From the IMG/VR virus record IMGVR_UViG_3300043105_000059: a stretch of 64,000 nt of DNA, one strand, 5' to 3'. The notes beneath the pieces were generated by a model. That model ran no database searches and was not told the origin of the DNA. It saw only the letters and a program-made list of their open reading frames with translations. Below, piece after piece: positions 48,907 to 58,669 of this stretch. Within the stretch, counting starts at the first letter, position 1. Every line of letters starts with the position of its first letter. The DNA is from an uncultured virus (IMG/VR IMGVR_UViG_3300043105_000059). Taxonomy: Duplodnaviria > Heunggongvirae > Uroviricota > Caudoviricetes. The translations under genes and the position numbers were made by a program.

Positions 48907-50943
48907 TTAATGTATCCAATGATAACCGATTTCTGCTTCTGCTGGTATTGGAAGTTTCTTACATAGCGCCGCAGTTGCATTTTCCATACATTCCTTTAAT
49001 TTACTAAAGGCAGCATCCGCAATTTCTTTAGGAGCCTCTACAACAGCTTCATCATGTACTAAATCACATAGTAATACAGTTCCAAAATAATTATTTTCAA
49101 GTATCCATTTAAAATACAGACTCATAGCTAACTTTAAACAAGCTATTCCAGTACCTTGTGTAGGAGAATTAAGTGCCAATCTATCCCACTTAGAAGCTGC
49201 CATATTATGCTCTGCTAATTCTGTTAAAGAATACTCTCGAATTCTTACATATTCAGGTAGATCTTCGATTGCTCGCCACTTCTTAAAGTCTTGCCAATAT
49301 ATTTTATGACCTGTATATTTACAAATAACTATATAACCATGAGTTCTTACAAAAGCAGAACCTTTAGCTTTAAAAGCTGCAATACCTTTAAAACCATCAT
49401 TATAAGCAGCAGCAATCTCCTTAGCTTCTTGCATAGAACAACCTAAAGAATTGCTAATAGCTTTAGCAGAACCACCAAATTGTTGTGAAAACTCTACAGG
49501 TTTAGCCTTCTTTCTAAGATCAGGTCTCAGAGCTTTAATATCCTTTACTTCAATATTAGCTAAATCTTTTGGAAAACATGCTTTTGCAGTTAGAGAATGT
49601 ATATCCCCACTACCATGTAAATACTCTTCAATCATTGCAGGTTCATTGTATATATCTGCACCTAGTCTACTTTCTAGTGCTGAATAATCACAAGAACACA
49701 TTAGATTTCCAGGTTCACATACAAAGGAACTTCTAGTAGGTTCATCTGCTGGTAAGTTTTGTATTTGTACATAGCAACATCTATCGGGAGATATATGCTT
49801 ATATTTAGCTAAATCTGTGTTTTTAGACATTATACCACCTCCACAAGACATTCGTCCTGAGGAAGCACCTAATTGTTTAAATTGGGTATGTATACGTCCA
49901 GTAACAGGATTAATAGCATCTATATAAACTTTACCATAAGTAGAACAAACTTTTTGTGCACCTTTATAATCAAAATAGTGTTTAATAAAATCATCACATA
50001 TTCCCTTCTGCTTAGACAGAACACCTTCCACTATAGAATCCTTTTTACCACCAGTAATTTTATCATCTACTTTGGTATTAAATCCCAGTAAATGAACTAA
50101 CTCCATTACTTGACTTGGACTATTCCAATTAATAGTAACAACAGGATCAAATTGGTCATTAAACATATTCATAGGATCATAAGAAGTAAACTTTCTAAGA
50201 GCTTCTTTAGTTACTGATTCGTCGAGTAACCATTGATTAAGCTCCTTTAAAGATTTATTCATAGATTCTTCATCTAATTGCATCTTATGTTCCCATTTAG
50301 TAACATCCAGTTTAATACCACACCATTCCAAATAAGCTATAACAGGTACAAAAGCATTTTCTAATTTAGCTGCATTTATACAAGTTTTTTCTGAACACTC
50401 TGATAATTGTTGCTTATAAATATCTTCAAGATAAACAACATCTCCAGCAGCATATTTAATTACAGCGGGATCTAAACCTCTCCAGATGATTTCACCTCTA
50501 GTGGTTTTATCAATGTCTACATTTAATCTTCTAAGAGCAACATCTTTAAGACTATATCTAAAGTAACGAACATCATATCCTAGATGTAATAATTGTTCTA
50601 CAATCATTGTATCCCAGCATTTTCTAGGAATGATTTTGAACTTGTATAGGAATTGAATATCAAACTTTAGATTATGCCCAATTAAGAATTTAGTTTCTAG
50701 AAGTGTTTTATAGCTTAATATATCTACAGTAGTGGTATCTACAACTATTTGAATATCAGCCTCTCTATTACCAAATTGTACACACAATATATCACATAAA
50801 TGAGGATCTCTTCCTGAAGTTTCGGAATCAAATTGAACCGTACTCCAAGAAGAGATCATTTTTACAGAGTCTTCTACACTTAGTTTTTGGTATAAATCAT
50901 CCTGCTTGAATAATTCGTCTTGTCTACTTACTAAGTATATCAT
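48907..50943 (-). CDS. polA: DNA polymerase family A with 3'-5' exonuclease
   Basis: ExoI DSETSG, ExoII GHNLKFD, ExoIII YAAGD, motif A DYSALESR, motif B RKKAKPVEFSQQFGG and motif C VHDE. Confidence 0.95.
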   Translation of the reverse strand: MIYLVSRQDELFKQDDLYQKLSVEDSVKMISSWSTVQFDSETSGRDPHLCDILCVQFGNREADIQIVVDTTTVDILSYKTLLETKFLIGHNLKFDIQFLYKFKIIPRKCWDTMIVEQLLHLGYDVRYFRYSLKDVALRRLNVDIDKTTRGEIIWRGLDPAVIKYAAGDVVYLEDIYKQQLSECSEKTCINAAKLENAFVPVIAYLEWCGIKLDVTKWEHKMQLDEESMNKSLKELNQWLLDESVTKEALRKFTSYDPMNMFNDQFDPVVTINWNSPSQVMELVHLLGFNTKVDDKITGGKKDSIVEGVLSKQKGICDDFIKHYFDYKGAQKVCSTYGKVYIDAINPVTGRIHTQFKQLGASSGRMSCGGGIMSKNTDLAKYKHISPDRCCYVQIQNLPADEPTRSSFVCEPGNLMCSCDYSALESRLGADIYNEPAMIEEYLHGSGDIHSLTAKACFPKDLANIEVKDIKALRPDLRKKAKPVEFSQQFGGSAKAISNSLGCSMQEAKEIAAAYNDGFKGIAAFKAKGSAFVRTHGYIVICKYTGHKIYWQDFKKWRAIEDLPEYVRIREYSLTELAEHNMAASKWDRLALNSPTQGTGIACLKLAMSLYFKWILENNYFGTVLLCDLVHDEAVVEAPKEIADAAFSKLKECMENATAALCKKLPIPAEAEIGYHWIH

Positions 50944-51215
50944 TTATTTGAATACATTAAAGTGTCAGTCCATTCACCCCATTTATAAACTTCAAATGTA
51001 GGTAAATTATCACCTTCATATTTTAACTCAGTTTCTGGTAAATATTCATACTCACTTATTTCATATGATATACCTTCTGACATTAGACAATCTTCAAAAT
51101 CATATAAAGCTTTACATTCTTTAGCGATTTCTTTGATCTTTTCTTCTGTTACATCATCAACATCAATTTCAACTCGCTTCCAGATTTCTACCTTTTCATC
51201 AACACATATTTTCAT
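50940..51215 (-). CDS. Hypothetical acidic protein
   Basis: ORF with an ATGA overlap to polA. Confidence 0.7.
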   Translation of the reverse strand: MKICVDEKVEIWKRVEIDVDDVTEEKIKEIAKECKALYDFEDCLMSEGISYEISEYEYLPETELKYEGDNLPTFEVYKWGEWTDTLMYSNK

Positions 51216-51474
51216 CCAAGTACTCTTTTAACGAATCCATAATAGTATTAATAATATCCCAGTAATCATCATCCGATATATCATAATAATCCTCTATAAT
51301 TTCAGCTAAATAAAAATCACTATTATTATCAAGTTCATTTATAATAGATTTTTTACTTATTTCTGTACCATTATTGTCTAGTTCTTCTGTTATTCTATTA
51401 ACCAATTTAGCTAAATCAATAATTGCAGATGTATAAACAAGGACAGAATAATCAACTATAATTTCAGATTTCAT
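51199..51474 (-). CDS. Hypothetical acidic protein
   Basis: ORF in operon. Confidence 0.65.
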   Translation of the reverse strand: MKSEIIVDYSVLVYTSAIIDLAKLVNRITEELDNNGTEISKKSIINELDNNSDFYLAEIIEDYYDISDDDYWDIINTIMDSLKEYLDENMC

Positions 51475-51491
51475 AATAATTTAATTTTAAT

Positions 51492-51797
51492 TTATACTTC
51501 AAAACATTGTTCTGGTAACCAATGACCATTCTTAAATACATTACAAGCAAAGTAATCATCCCCAGGCTCTTCTGATAAACACCTAAAATAAATATCTTTA
51601 GTGCCTTCTGGGATAGCATCAAGAACTCTTTCTGGAAAATCCCAATTAGAGCAAAATTCGCCTTCTATAAAGTTTAAACTTTCATCCTCAAATGTAATTT
51701 CGTAATAAGCTAAGGATAAATCTTCAAAAGTTTGTTTCCATTGAGCTATATTTTCACTTTCTAGATAAAATCTATTTGTACATATATTTGCCATCAT
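51492..51797 (-). CDS. Hypothetical protein (MANxCxN N-terminus)
   Basis: ORF in operon, with FCSNW..P and EEPG motifs. Confidence 0.65.
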   Translation of the reverse strand: MMANICTNRFYLESENIAQWKQTFEDLSLAYYEITFEDESLNFIEGEFCSNWDFPERVLDAIPEGTKDIYFRCLSEEPGDDYFACNVFKNGHWLPEQCFEV

Positions 51798-52030
51798 TTT
51801 ACTATTTTATAAGTTACATTTTCTTCATTCCAACCTTCTAAATCAGTTCCTGATATACCAATACCTCTAGACTGTAGAAACTTTATTAAAGTATTTATTA
51901 TGTCTTTAGGCTTTTGTATATTTTCAGAATATCTCTTTAAAAAGTCTTCATCCGATTCTCCTTCATTTTGTTCAAAATAAAGGGTTCTATTCATATTCAA
52001 GCTTACTTGAATTCCTTTATACATACTCAT
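51794..52030 (-). CDS. Hypothetical protein
   Basis: ATGA-coupled on both sides. Confidence 0.65.
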   Translation of the reverse strand: MSMYKGIQVSLNMNRTLYFEQNEGESDEDFLKRYSENIQKPKDIINTLIKFLQSRGIGISGTDLEGWNEENVTYKIVK

Positions 52031-52887
52031 AACAACGCTTCAAATTTAGTTCTGTCTTTAGTTTGAAAATCCTTAATAAGTTTATGATGAATTTGTCTAA
52101 TCCTCTCAGAACTTAATGCAAACTTACGGGATATTTCATTATAATCCATTTCATTACACCCTTTAAGACCATACAGCATACAAATAATATCATGGTCACG
52201 ACTACTTAATTTCTCAAGTATTTGCGATATTCTATCTGCGATATAATTATTATTAGTAATAGCTTCTGGATTATCTGAAATTGGATTAGGAATGCAATCT
52301 CCAATAGTGCAATCTTCTGAATCATCAATACTAGGAGCATCAATACTTACACAGTTATTTGTAGAAGTTTGTACATCTCTAATCATATCCTCGGTAAATC
52401 CTGATAATTCTGAAAGTTCTTCAACAGAAGGCTCACGTTCATTTAACTGCTTAAACTTAGCTGTTAATTTATTTAGCTTAGTTTTAGGTTCTATTTGAGA
52501 AGTCGGAAGTCTTACATTATTTCCTGTATAATAAATAGATTTTAATATAGCTTGTCTAATCCACCATACAGCATAAGAAATAAATCGAAAGCCTCTTCTT
52601 TCATCAAACTTTGTAGCTGCTACAACCATTCCAGCATTTCCCTCAGCAACTAAGTCTTCCAAAGGAACACCTCTACCTTGATACTGTTTAGCAACAGTAA
52701 TAACAAATCGAAGATTGGCAGATACTAATTTATTAAGAGCATTCTTATCACCCTCTCTAATTCTTTTAGCTAATTCACACTCCTCTTCTTTACTAATCAT
52801 TTCAATATGACTTACATCTTTTAAATACATATTAAAAGATTCCGTATTTCTAGGGGTGATACTTTTAGTTATATTAATAGCTTTCAT
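52027..52887 (-). CDS. Sigma-70 family (RpoD/SigA-like, Bacteroidota type) RNA polymerase sigma factor
   Basis: Region 1.2 YLKDV, region 2 NLRFVITVAKQYQGRG...DLVAEGN...KFDERRGFRFISYAVWWIRQAI, region 3 REPSVEELS and region 4 LSSERIRQI. No region 1.1. Confidence 0.92.
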   Translation of the reverse strand: MKAINITKSITPRNTESFNMYLKDVSHIEMISKEEECELAKRIREGDKNALNKLVSANLRFVITVAKQYQGRGVPLEDLVAEGNAGMVVAATKFDERRGFRFISYAVWWIRQAILKSIYYTGNNVRLPTSQIEPKTKLNKLTAKFKQLNEREPSVEELSELSGFTEDMIRDVQTSTNNCVSIDAPSIDDSEDCTIGDCIPNPISDNPEAITNNNYIADRISQILEKLSSRDHDIICMLYGLKGCNEMDYNEISRKFALSSERIRQIHHKLIKDFQTKDRTKFEALL

Positions 52888-53132
52888 TCGTTCCTATAAA
52901 TTTTAGTAGTATGCCAATTATTTTTACGATATGTGTCACGTACTTGTTCTATATAATCTCTAGCTAGTGCTACACTTGCAAATTCACGTGTGCGAAGGCA
53001 AGCTGGTATATCATACGGAGTTGGGGTACACTCAAGTTTCCAACCATTCCAATGGTGACGCTCTACTAAATAACGAGCGTCACCATTATCATTTACTTGT
53101 CTAAGTATTCTAAATTTAAGCATTATCCTCAA
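52884..53132 (-). CDS. Hypothetical protein
   Basis: ORF in operon. Confidence 0.6.
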   Translation of the reverse strand: MRIMLKFRILRQVNDNGDARYLVERHHWNGWKLECTPTPYDIPACLRTREFASVALARDYIEQVRDTYRKNNWHTTKIYRNE

Positions 53133-54492
53133 TATTTACAGAATTGTCAGCAAGTTCTTGTTTAACAAAAGCAAAACATTTTAACTTAAAAGCTTCAGAA
53201 CGCATATTTTCTACCTTAATAACTAGTCCTTCATGAGGAACTTTATTATTACAACTAGGTGAAGGTTCTTCCATATAAAAATCTTTGTTATTAGTGAGGA
53301 AATTTATAAAATTCTCACAATAACTTAGATTATCATCATAGCCATTCATACCCCAAGTAAGCTTACCAGCTTCTCCGTAGTAATATTCAGTTACTGGAAT
53401 TAAACCATTATTCTTACACCATTGTTGTACTTCTTTAGCAGAAAACTCATGTACTTTACCATCCTCATTAGTTAAAGTAATTCTATATACTCGTACTTTA
53501 AAGTTTATTTCTGGTTCGAATGATACTTTACCATTTTCATCAGTTTTTGGAGGGCAACATCCATAATCATAATTCTTCTGAATGAAATTACCATTAGGTA
53601 AGTATCCAACTATCTCGTAATATAAGGACATACCTTTCCAGAGTTTGTCTTTAACATACTCATGTGCATACTTCCATATATCACAAGTTTCTTCAACACC
53701 TTGATATCTATTCTTAATTACATTCTTAGAAGAATATAAATATTCATAGCTTCTCCAGTTAATACACCAATCACCTATTGTATTAGATAACCAGTTTATT
53801 AGCTTATCTCGCCAAGATAACTTGCTCTTACAAAGTAAATATGCTGACACTCCGCTAGTACCATGAATTTTCTCAGTAATACTAACTATATCATCATAAT
53901 TTACTACATAAGGACATTTTTTAATAAGGACTGTTTGATAGTGTAGTCTAAATTGTCCATCAAGGAGGAGGTCAAATCCTCCGGAATCCTTAACTTCTTT
54001 AAATTTAGATACTTGTACTTGGTTTCTTGCTTTCTTACATATCCAGATTGATCCTCCTTTAAATTCGATTGTGTCGAATTCTTTGTTTTCGTCTTTACTT
54101 GACTCATAATCACTTATAGTTGTATAATTTTGTAACCATTCTAAGAGTATCTTATACTCTATTAAAAAGCCTTCTGAAACTAAACCCTTCAATTTAATAG
54201 CAGTTACTTTACCATTATCCTCAAAGAATCCTTTCTTACTAGTATCTGCATTAAGATTAGAATGCCTATACAAGTTTGTAAATTTCAGAAAATCAGGATT
54301 AATAGTAGATAAAGTTGGAAAATATACATACAAACCAGTAGGAGAATCAACACTAACAATAACTCTATAACCATCAACAGTAGCAACCTTTAATTTAGTT
54401 ACTTCGGGATTTGGATGATTAGAAAATTCTGTAATGTTAATAATCTTAGCAAGATAGTTAATATCTGCATTAGTACTTTTTATTAATTCCAT
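53116..54492 (-). CDS. RNA ligase (Rnl2/DRB0094-like) with N-terminal OB-like domain
   Basis: Motif I TEKIHGTS, YEIVG, motif IV EGLVIK and motif V FKLK. N-terminal KLKGLVSEG. Confidence 0.85.
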   Translation of the reverse strand: MELIKSTNADINYLAKIINITEFSNHPNPEVTKLKVATVDGYRVIVSVDSPTGLYVYFPTLSTINPDFLKFTNLYRHSNLNADTSKKGFFEDNGKVTAIKLKGLVSEGFLIEYKILLEWLQNYTTISDYESSKDENKEFDTIEFKGGSIWICKKARNQVQVSKFKEVKDSGGFDLLLDGQFRLHYQTVLIKKCPYVVNYDDIVSITEKIHGTSGVSAYLLCKSKLSWRDKLINWLSNTIGDWCINWRSYEYLYSSKNVIKNRYQGVEETCDIWKYAHEYVKDKLWKGMSLYYEIVGYLPNGNFIQKNYDYGCCPPKTDENGKVSFEPEINFKVRVYRITLTNEDGKVHEFSAKEVQQWCKNNGLIPVTEYYYGEAGKLTWGMNGYDDNLSYCENFINFLTNNKDFYMEEPSPSCNNKVPHEGLVIKVENMRSEAFKLKCFAFVKQELADNSVNIEDNA

Positions 54493-54494
54493 AT

Positions 54495-54809
54495 TTACCC
54501 TTTATTTTCAAAGCAAAGATTATCTAGATTATAAGACGCTAAAGTATTAAACCAAGCCATATAACTTTCATCTTCCAATTCTTCTGGAGTTAGTTTATTA
54601 ACATTTATGTTAACCCAATAATCATCGTTACCTTCTAAATCCTCGTACATCCCATATTCATCATGTGCATCGTCTAAGAATTCGTCTGGATTAATATTTA
54701 ACCTCTCAGTGTGTTCATCTTCTGTCATTTCAGATTCAGAATAACCTGCATAGTGTAAACTAAAACGATCATCACCGTTCAGTTCAGATGTAATAAGAAA
54801 TTTATTCAT
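54495..54809 (-). CDS. Hypothetical acidic protein
   Basis: ORF between the two ligase genes. Confidence 0.65.
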   Translation of the reverse strand: MNKFLITSELNGDDRFSLHYAGYSESEMTEDEHTERLNINPDEFLDDAHDEYGMYEDLEGNDDYWVNINVNKLTPEELEDESYMAWFNTLASYNLDNLCFENKG

Positions 54810-56001
54810 AATCTCTAATAGATTTTAATACTGGTTGTAATGGAGTACCAGCATCTGAGTAATAAAAATACTTTACAGTAGCCATTTTACCAATCAATTT
54901 ATCTAAATTATCACGATATTGTTGCTTAATTTCTCTAGAACCCATAGGTTTTGCTTTAAATGGGATTCCATCGGAAGTTATTAGCTCAAAACACATATCT
55001 TCATCACGAAGACCTTCAGATAATCCTACAATCTCGTATTCAGAATCAAAATAATGCTTGATTTTTATCATATCATTCGTGCGACCATTAGGTCTATACA
55101 CTTTTTCAGGATCTCTGATAACAAGACCTTCCCAACCTTCACTTACGTATTGATCGTGTAGTTTATTCATATTATTCCAGCCAGTAACTTGTACATGAGG
55201 AACAAATTGAATAGGTAATTCACCTTCTTCAAAGTCGTAATCAGGTTGAAATTGTAAATTAAGTGTATCTCGGATTTCCATTAGAACTTTTAGACGCTCT
55301 TTAAATGTCTTAGTAGTATCTACAATATCATACAAATAATATTGTAACCAATCCATATCATAAGCATTCTTTTCCATTCTAGCGGCACCACTAATCTGCT
55401 GCAACGACTTGCCATGTCTATATAATTCTCCGTCTAAAATTAAATTAGGATGTTCAGTAAACAATTTAACTAATCCAGGATTTTCTGTAATATGATGAGT
55501 AGAGTAATCGTAATGCTCTCCGCCTCTGGAAGCAGTATGTATAGCCCCATCTCGGAAGTACATGAGCATTCTAACACCATCAATCTTTCTTGAAGCATAC
55601 CAAACTTTATTATAGATTTTTTGATTAGTCACTTTATCAGCTTGCTTAGCAAGCATAGGTTTCATAACCCCAGCTTGATTAGTAGCTTGATCTCCAACAA
55701 TTTCACGTAATTGATCTGAAGTGTAAGTATCTGGATCATCATCTAGTTCTTTATAACCTTTATCCTTATACTCCTTGAGTTTAGAATTAAACTGAAGTCT
55801 GGCTTGTTCTGTAACAGTTCTATTAGCTTTACCGCAAGTAATTGTAATAGGAGGTTGTTCTGTTAGTTTACCACCAAATATTCCCGTAGTTCTATTTAGA
55901 ATAAATCCATGAACGTCGTCATCCCAATGAACTTCAAGTTGTACTTGTCTTATTTTATTCTTTGAGTCTATAGATACTAAATATTTATTAAGTTGATCCA
56001 T
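54802..56001 (-). CDS. ATP-dependent DNA ligase
   Basis: KPMLA, motif I RKIDGVR, LDGELY, EGWEGLVIR, MIKIK and a C-terminal OB fold. Confidence 0.92.
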   Translation of the reverse strand: MDQLNKYLVSIDSKNKIRQVQLEVHWDDDVHGFILNRTTGIFGGKLTEQPPITITCGKANRTVTEQARLQFNSKLKEYKDKGYKELDDDPDTYTSDQLREIVGDQATNQAGVMKPMLAKQADKVTNQKIYNKVWYASRKIDGVRMLMYFRDGAIHTASRGGEHYDYSTHHITENPGLVKLFTEHPNLILDGELYRHGKSLQQISGAARMEKNAYDMDWLQYYLYDIVDTTKTFKERLKVLMEIRDTLNLQFQPDYDFEEGELPIQFVPHVQVTGWNNMNKLHDQYVSEGWEGLVIRDPEKVYRPNGRTNDMIKIKHYFDSEYEIVGLSEGLRDEDMCFELITSDGIPFKAKPMGSREIKQQYRDNLDKLIGKMATVKYFYYSDAGTPLQPVLKSIRDYE

Positions 56002-56012
56002 TATAAAATACT

Positions 56013-56321
56013 TTATGATTCTGATTCTTTTGTATCTTGTTCGTATACAGACTTAGGTACTAGTTCTATGCCGTTACCTGTAAAATCTTTTGGCAAATAA
56101 GTAAAGAATACACCTATCTTACCCTTTTGAGCAATATCAAGTATATTCTTCTTATTTTCATCAGATAAATAGCCTTCTACTAATATAGAATAAGCAGTAC
56201 GTTCTTTAATAAAGCGTTCACCTACATAAGATGTTACAGCTTTAATACAATCTGGTATTAGATCAAAGGCGTCCGTAGCTCCCGCTACGAACACCACTTG
56301 AATAAATACTAAATCACTCAT
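56013..56321 (-). CDS. Hypothetical protein
   Basis: Start reassigned to MSDLVFIQ (56321), overlapping the upstream stop. Confidence 0.6.
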   Translation of the reverse strand: MSDLVFIQVVFVAGATDAFDLIPDCIKAVTSYVGERFIKERTAYSILVEGYLSDENKKNILDIAQKGKIGVFFTYLPKDFTGNGIELVPKSVYEQDTKESES

Positions 56322-56571
56322 CCAATTCGTCTTCATCATAATCACCCGGTGTACCACTTTCGTCACTATACCAATCATAATCGTAGAAAACTTTAGCATC
56401 ATTGTTAAGCTCTTTACAAGAAATCCAGATGTTAGGTTTTCCAGCGTTATTACTAACAAAATTATTAATTACTTGTTTCATTTCTCTTTCAGCATCATCC
56501 TTATCAGTGGTAATGTACAAGGGGTTAGGCTCCCCATGAAACATAATTTGAACTGTATATAAAGTCATCAT
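56314..56571 (-). CDS. Hypothetical protein
   Basis: ORF in operon. Confidence 0.6.
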   Translation of the reverse strand: MMTLYTVQIMFHGEPNPLYITTDKDDAEREMKQVINNFVSNNAGKPNIWISCKELNNDAKVFYDYDWYSDESGTPGDYDEDELDE

Positions 56572-56601
56572 AATTTTAAATTTTATTAAATTAATCTTTT
56601 A

Positions 56602-56805
56602 TTACCAATCATAACTTTTAATATTTTTATTTACTTTATGGTACTTAAAATTATGGTTAGCAATTATACATTCTAATAAATAATTTTCAACATCTCCATC
56701 TCTAAGATAAAAATTAATAATATTAAATATATAATCTTTATTTTTAGAGTTGAAATGTTGACCTGTAGAATGTATAAATTGATAAAAGAAATCTTCTGCC
56801 GTCAT
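56602..56805 (-). CDS. Hypothetical protein
   Basis: ATGA overlap with the dUTPase stop. Confidence 0.55.
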   Translation of the reverse strand: MTAEDFFYQFIHSTGQHFNSKNKDYIFNIINFYLRDGDVENYLLECIIANHNFKYHKVNKNIKSYDW

Positions 56806-56990
56806 TTATCCCCAGTATGTCCGAAACCTCCAGCACCTCTTGTAGTTTCATCAAGTGAATTTACAGGAACCCACTGAATCTTAGAAACTTGCTCTAAAGT
56901 AATTTGAGCTATACGATCTCCATGACGTACTACAAAATTATTATCAGGATCAGTATTTATTAAAATAACTCCAATTTCACCGCGATAATC
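56802..56990 (-). CDS. dut: dUTPase exon 2
   Basis: DYRGEIGVILIN, GDRIAQ and RGAGGFGHTG (end of motif 3, motifs 4 and 5). Confidence 0.92.
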   Translation of the reverse strand, partial: DYRGEIGVILINTDPDNNFVVRHGDRIAQITLEQVSKIQWVPVNSLDETTRGAGGFGHTGDK

Positions 56991-58082
56991 CATTTATGTT
57001 ATCCTAAAGACTCTTTATTCTTTAGTTCTGCAGTTTCATTAGTTATATCTGCAGGTCGGACTATATCTTCTCCAACAATATTTATAATTTGTTGGAGCAG
57101 GGCACTCGTGGTAGCATTACTATCCTCGCTAAGGACTCGGCTACTAGTCTCTGAACCTTCAAGAGTATTACTACTCAAGCTTGGCTGCTGATTGTCCACC
57201 TCTGGAGTTTCCAGCAATTCACCCTGTTTTAAGACGCCAATTATCGCTTTATATTTTTCAGATCGTTCATGTGCTTTAGTATTATGGTATGTAGTATGTT
57301 CAGAACGTGTTAGTATTTGAAGATTTTCTAAACGATTGTCTGTTTTTATTTCATTTATATGATGCACATCATATTCATCTTTTAGAACAATCCATCCATT
57401 AACATTCTCAAAATACTTAGGATCAAACTTATCATGATTTCTTTCAATTACTAATCTATGCTGTCTAACTCTAGATCCTTGAACACTTTTATCACAGGGT
57501 TTTGGATGTCCTGGACAATACTCTAACACGTAACCTAAATTAGAAATTGTTTCTTTACCCTTAAAACTTGCATTTTTATCACCAGTAAGTCCATATTGAT
57601 GATTATTTTCTCCTAAATATGTAGTTTCTCTTAATTTGTTACTACATTCTTTACTACAACAAATTTGCGTTTTAACTTTTTTTATTCTACTAGGTTTCGC
57701 ATAGAATTGGTTACCGCAAATAGGGCAAGTACAATTTAACTCAGTCTTTTTTCTAAATAAAGCTGAGCAAGTAGTGCTACAACATTGATAGGTCTTTGCA
57801 CGACTCGGAGTAACGTATTCTATTTTACCACAATAAGCACATATTACTTCTATTTTATCTACAGCATTCTTTTCATTCGGTTTTCCTTTACTGTGTTCAT
57901 CCGAACATTGTTTACAACAATATTTTCGATGAGCACTTTTCTTTCCTAAGAAAGTTTTTCCACAATTTAAACAAATATATTCTACCATACTAATTTTTTT
58001 AATATGGTTAAATATAGACAATTTTATTGGAATAACCTAATAAAAATAATAAATTGTGTAGTAACTGTTAATATATAATTTT
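56991..58082 (-). mobile_element. Group I self-splicing intron (1092 nt) in dut
   Basis: The 5' exon ends in U and the intron ends in G. P AATTGCTGGAAA (57208-57219), Q AATCAGCAGC (57184-57193), R GTTCAGAGACTA (57145-57156), S AAGATATAGTCC (57058-57069), and P3 CAGGGT/GCCCTG. Removal restores IDA|DYRGE in frame. Confidence 0.95.
56999..57988 (-). CDS. Intron-encoded HNH homing endonuclease with three N-terminal Cys-rich zinc-binding repeats
   Basis: Three CxxCGxx(F/E)...CC(S/C)xxC units, then HRLV and VHHINEIKTDNRLENL...H. ATG at 57988 chosen as the start. Confidence 0.88.
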   Translation of the reverse strand: MVEYICLNCGKTFLGKKSAHRKYCCKQCSDEHSKGKPNEKNAVDKIEVICAYCGKIEYVTPSRAKTYQCCSTTCSALFRKKTELNCTCPICGNQFYAKPSRIKKVKTQICCSKECSNKLRETTYLGENNHQYGLTGDKNASFKGKETISNLGYVLEYCPGHPKPCDKSVQGSRVRQHRLVIERNHDKFDPKYFENVNGWIVLKDEYDVHHINEIKTDNRLENLQILTRSEHTTYHNTKAHERSEKYKAIIGVLKQGELLETPEVDNQQPSLSSNTLEGSETSSRVLSEDSNATTSALLQQIINIVGEDIVRPADITNETAELKNKESLG

Positions 58083-58412
58083 AGCGTCTATACAACCTGG
58101 CGTGTTAAGAACAGTTATACCGTGTTTAAGAGCTAATCCGCTACGAGGTCTTACTTTTATTTCATAACCTTCTGGAATTGCAACGAATAAACCAGTAGGA
58201 ATAAGTGCTCTACCTCCGGGACGGATAACCACAGCACCACCTTCTGTATAAAATTGATTATCTAAGATACAATCAACTCCTTTAACATTAAGTATTCCAT
58301 GAATATCTGCTCGCACATCCATACCAGCAGAACCATCGGTTTCATAACTAGGAAGTGGATTATTCCATTGTTCATCATAATATTGCTTTTGCTTTACTTT
58401 TACTTCTACCAT
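58083..58412 (-). CDS. dut: dUTPase exon 1
   Basis: [18 protein letters not shown] and NTPGCIDA (motifs 1, 2 and start of 3). The spliced product is 172 aa. Confidence 0.92.
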
Positions 58413-58417
58413 TTTAT

Positions 58418-58669
58418 TTAAGCATTAAAAGTCCATAAATACAAACCTAACCACACAAAAAGACACCCGATTAATACAGTTAGCACTTTAAAAGTTTGTA
58501 CAAACCAAGACATCTCTTCTGGATTACGTTTTATATATTCCCAAATTTCCGGATATTTGTTGTCCGTATCTAATTTCGCTATATCATCAATACTCATGTT
58601 ACATACATTAACAGTCATACGTACATACCAGAATATTATAAACAAACCTAAGATTCGTATAACTAACAT
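58418..58669 (-). CDS. Membrane protein with two hydrophobic segments
   Basis: Hydrophobic N- and C-terminal stretches. Confidence 0.65.
   Translation of the reverse strand: MLVIRILGLFIIFWYVRMTVNVCNMSIDDIAKLDTDNKYPEIWEYIKRNPEEMSWFVQTFKVLTVLIGCLFVWLGLYLWTFNA

Noticed and set aside
56802..58412. dUTPase as a broken pseudogene, two separate genes or an intein-containing gene
   Set aside because: Group I core elements, P1/P10 pairings and U/G splice boundaries give an in-frame spliced product. The insert is not in frame with a continuous protein, so it is not an intein.
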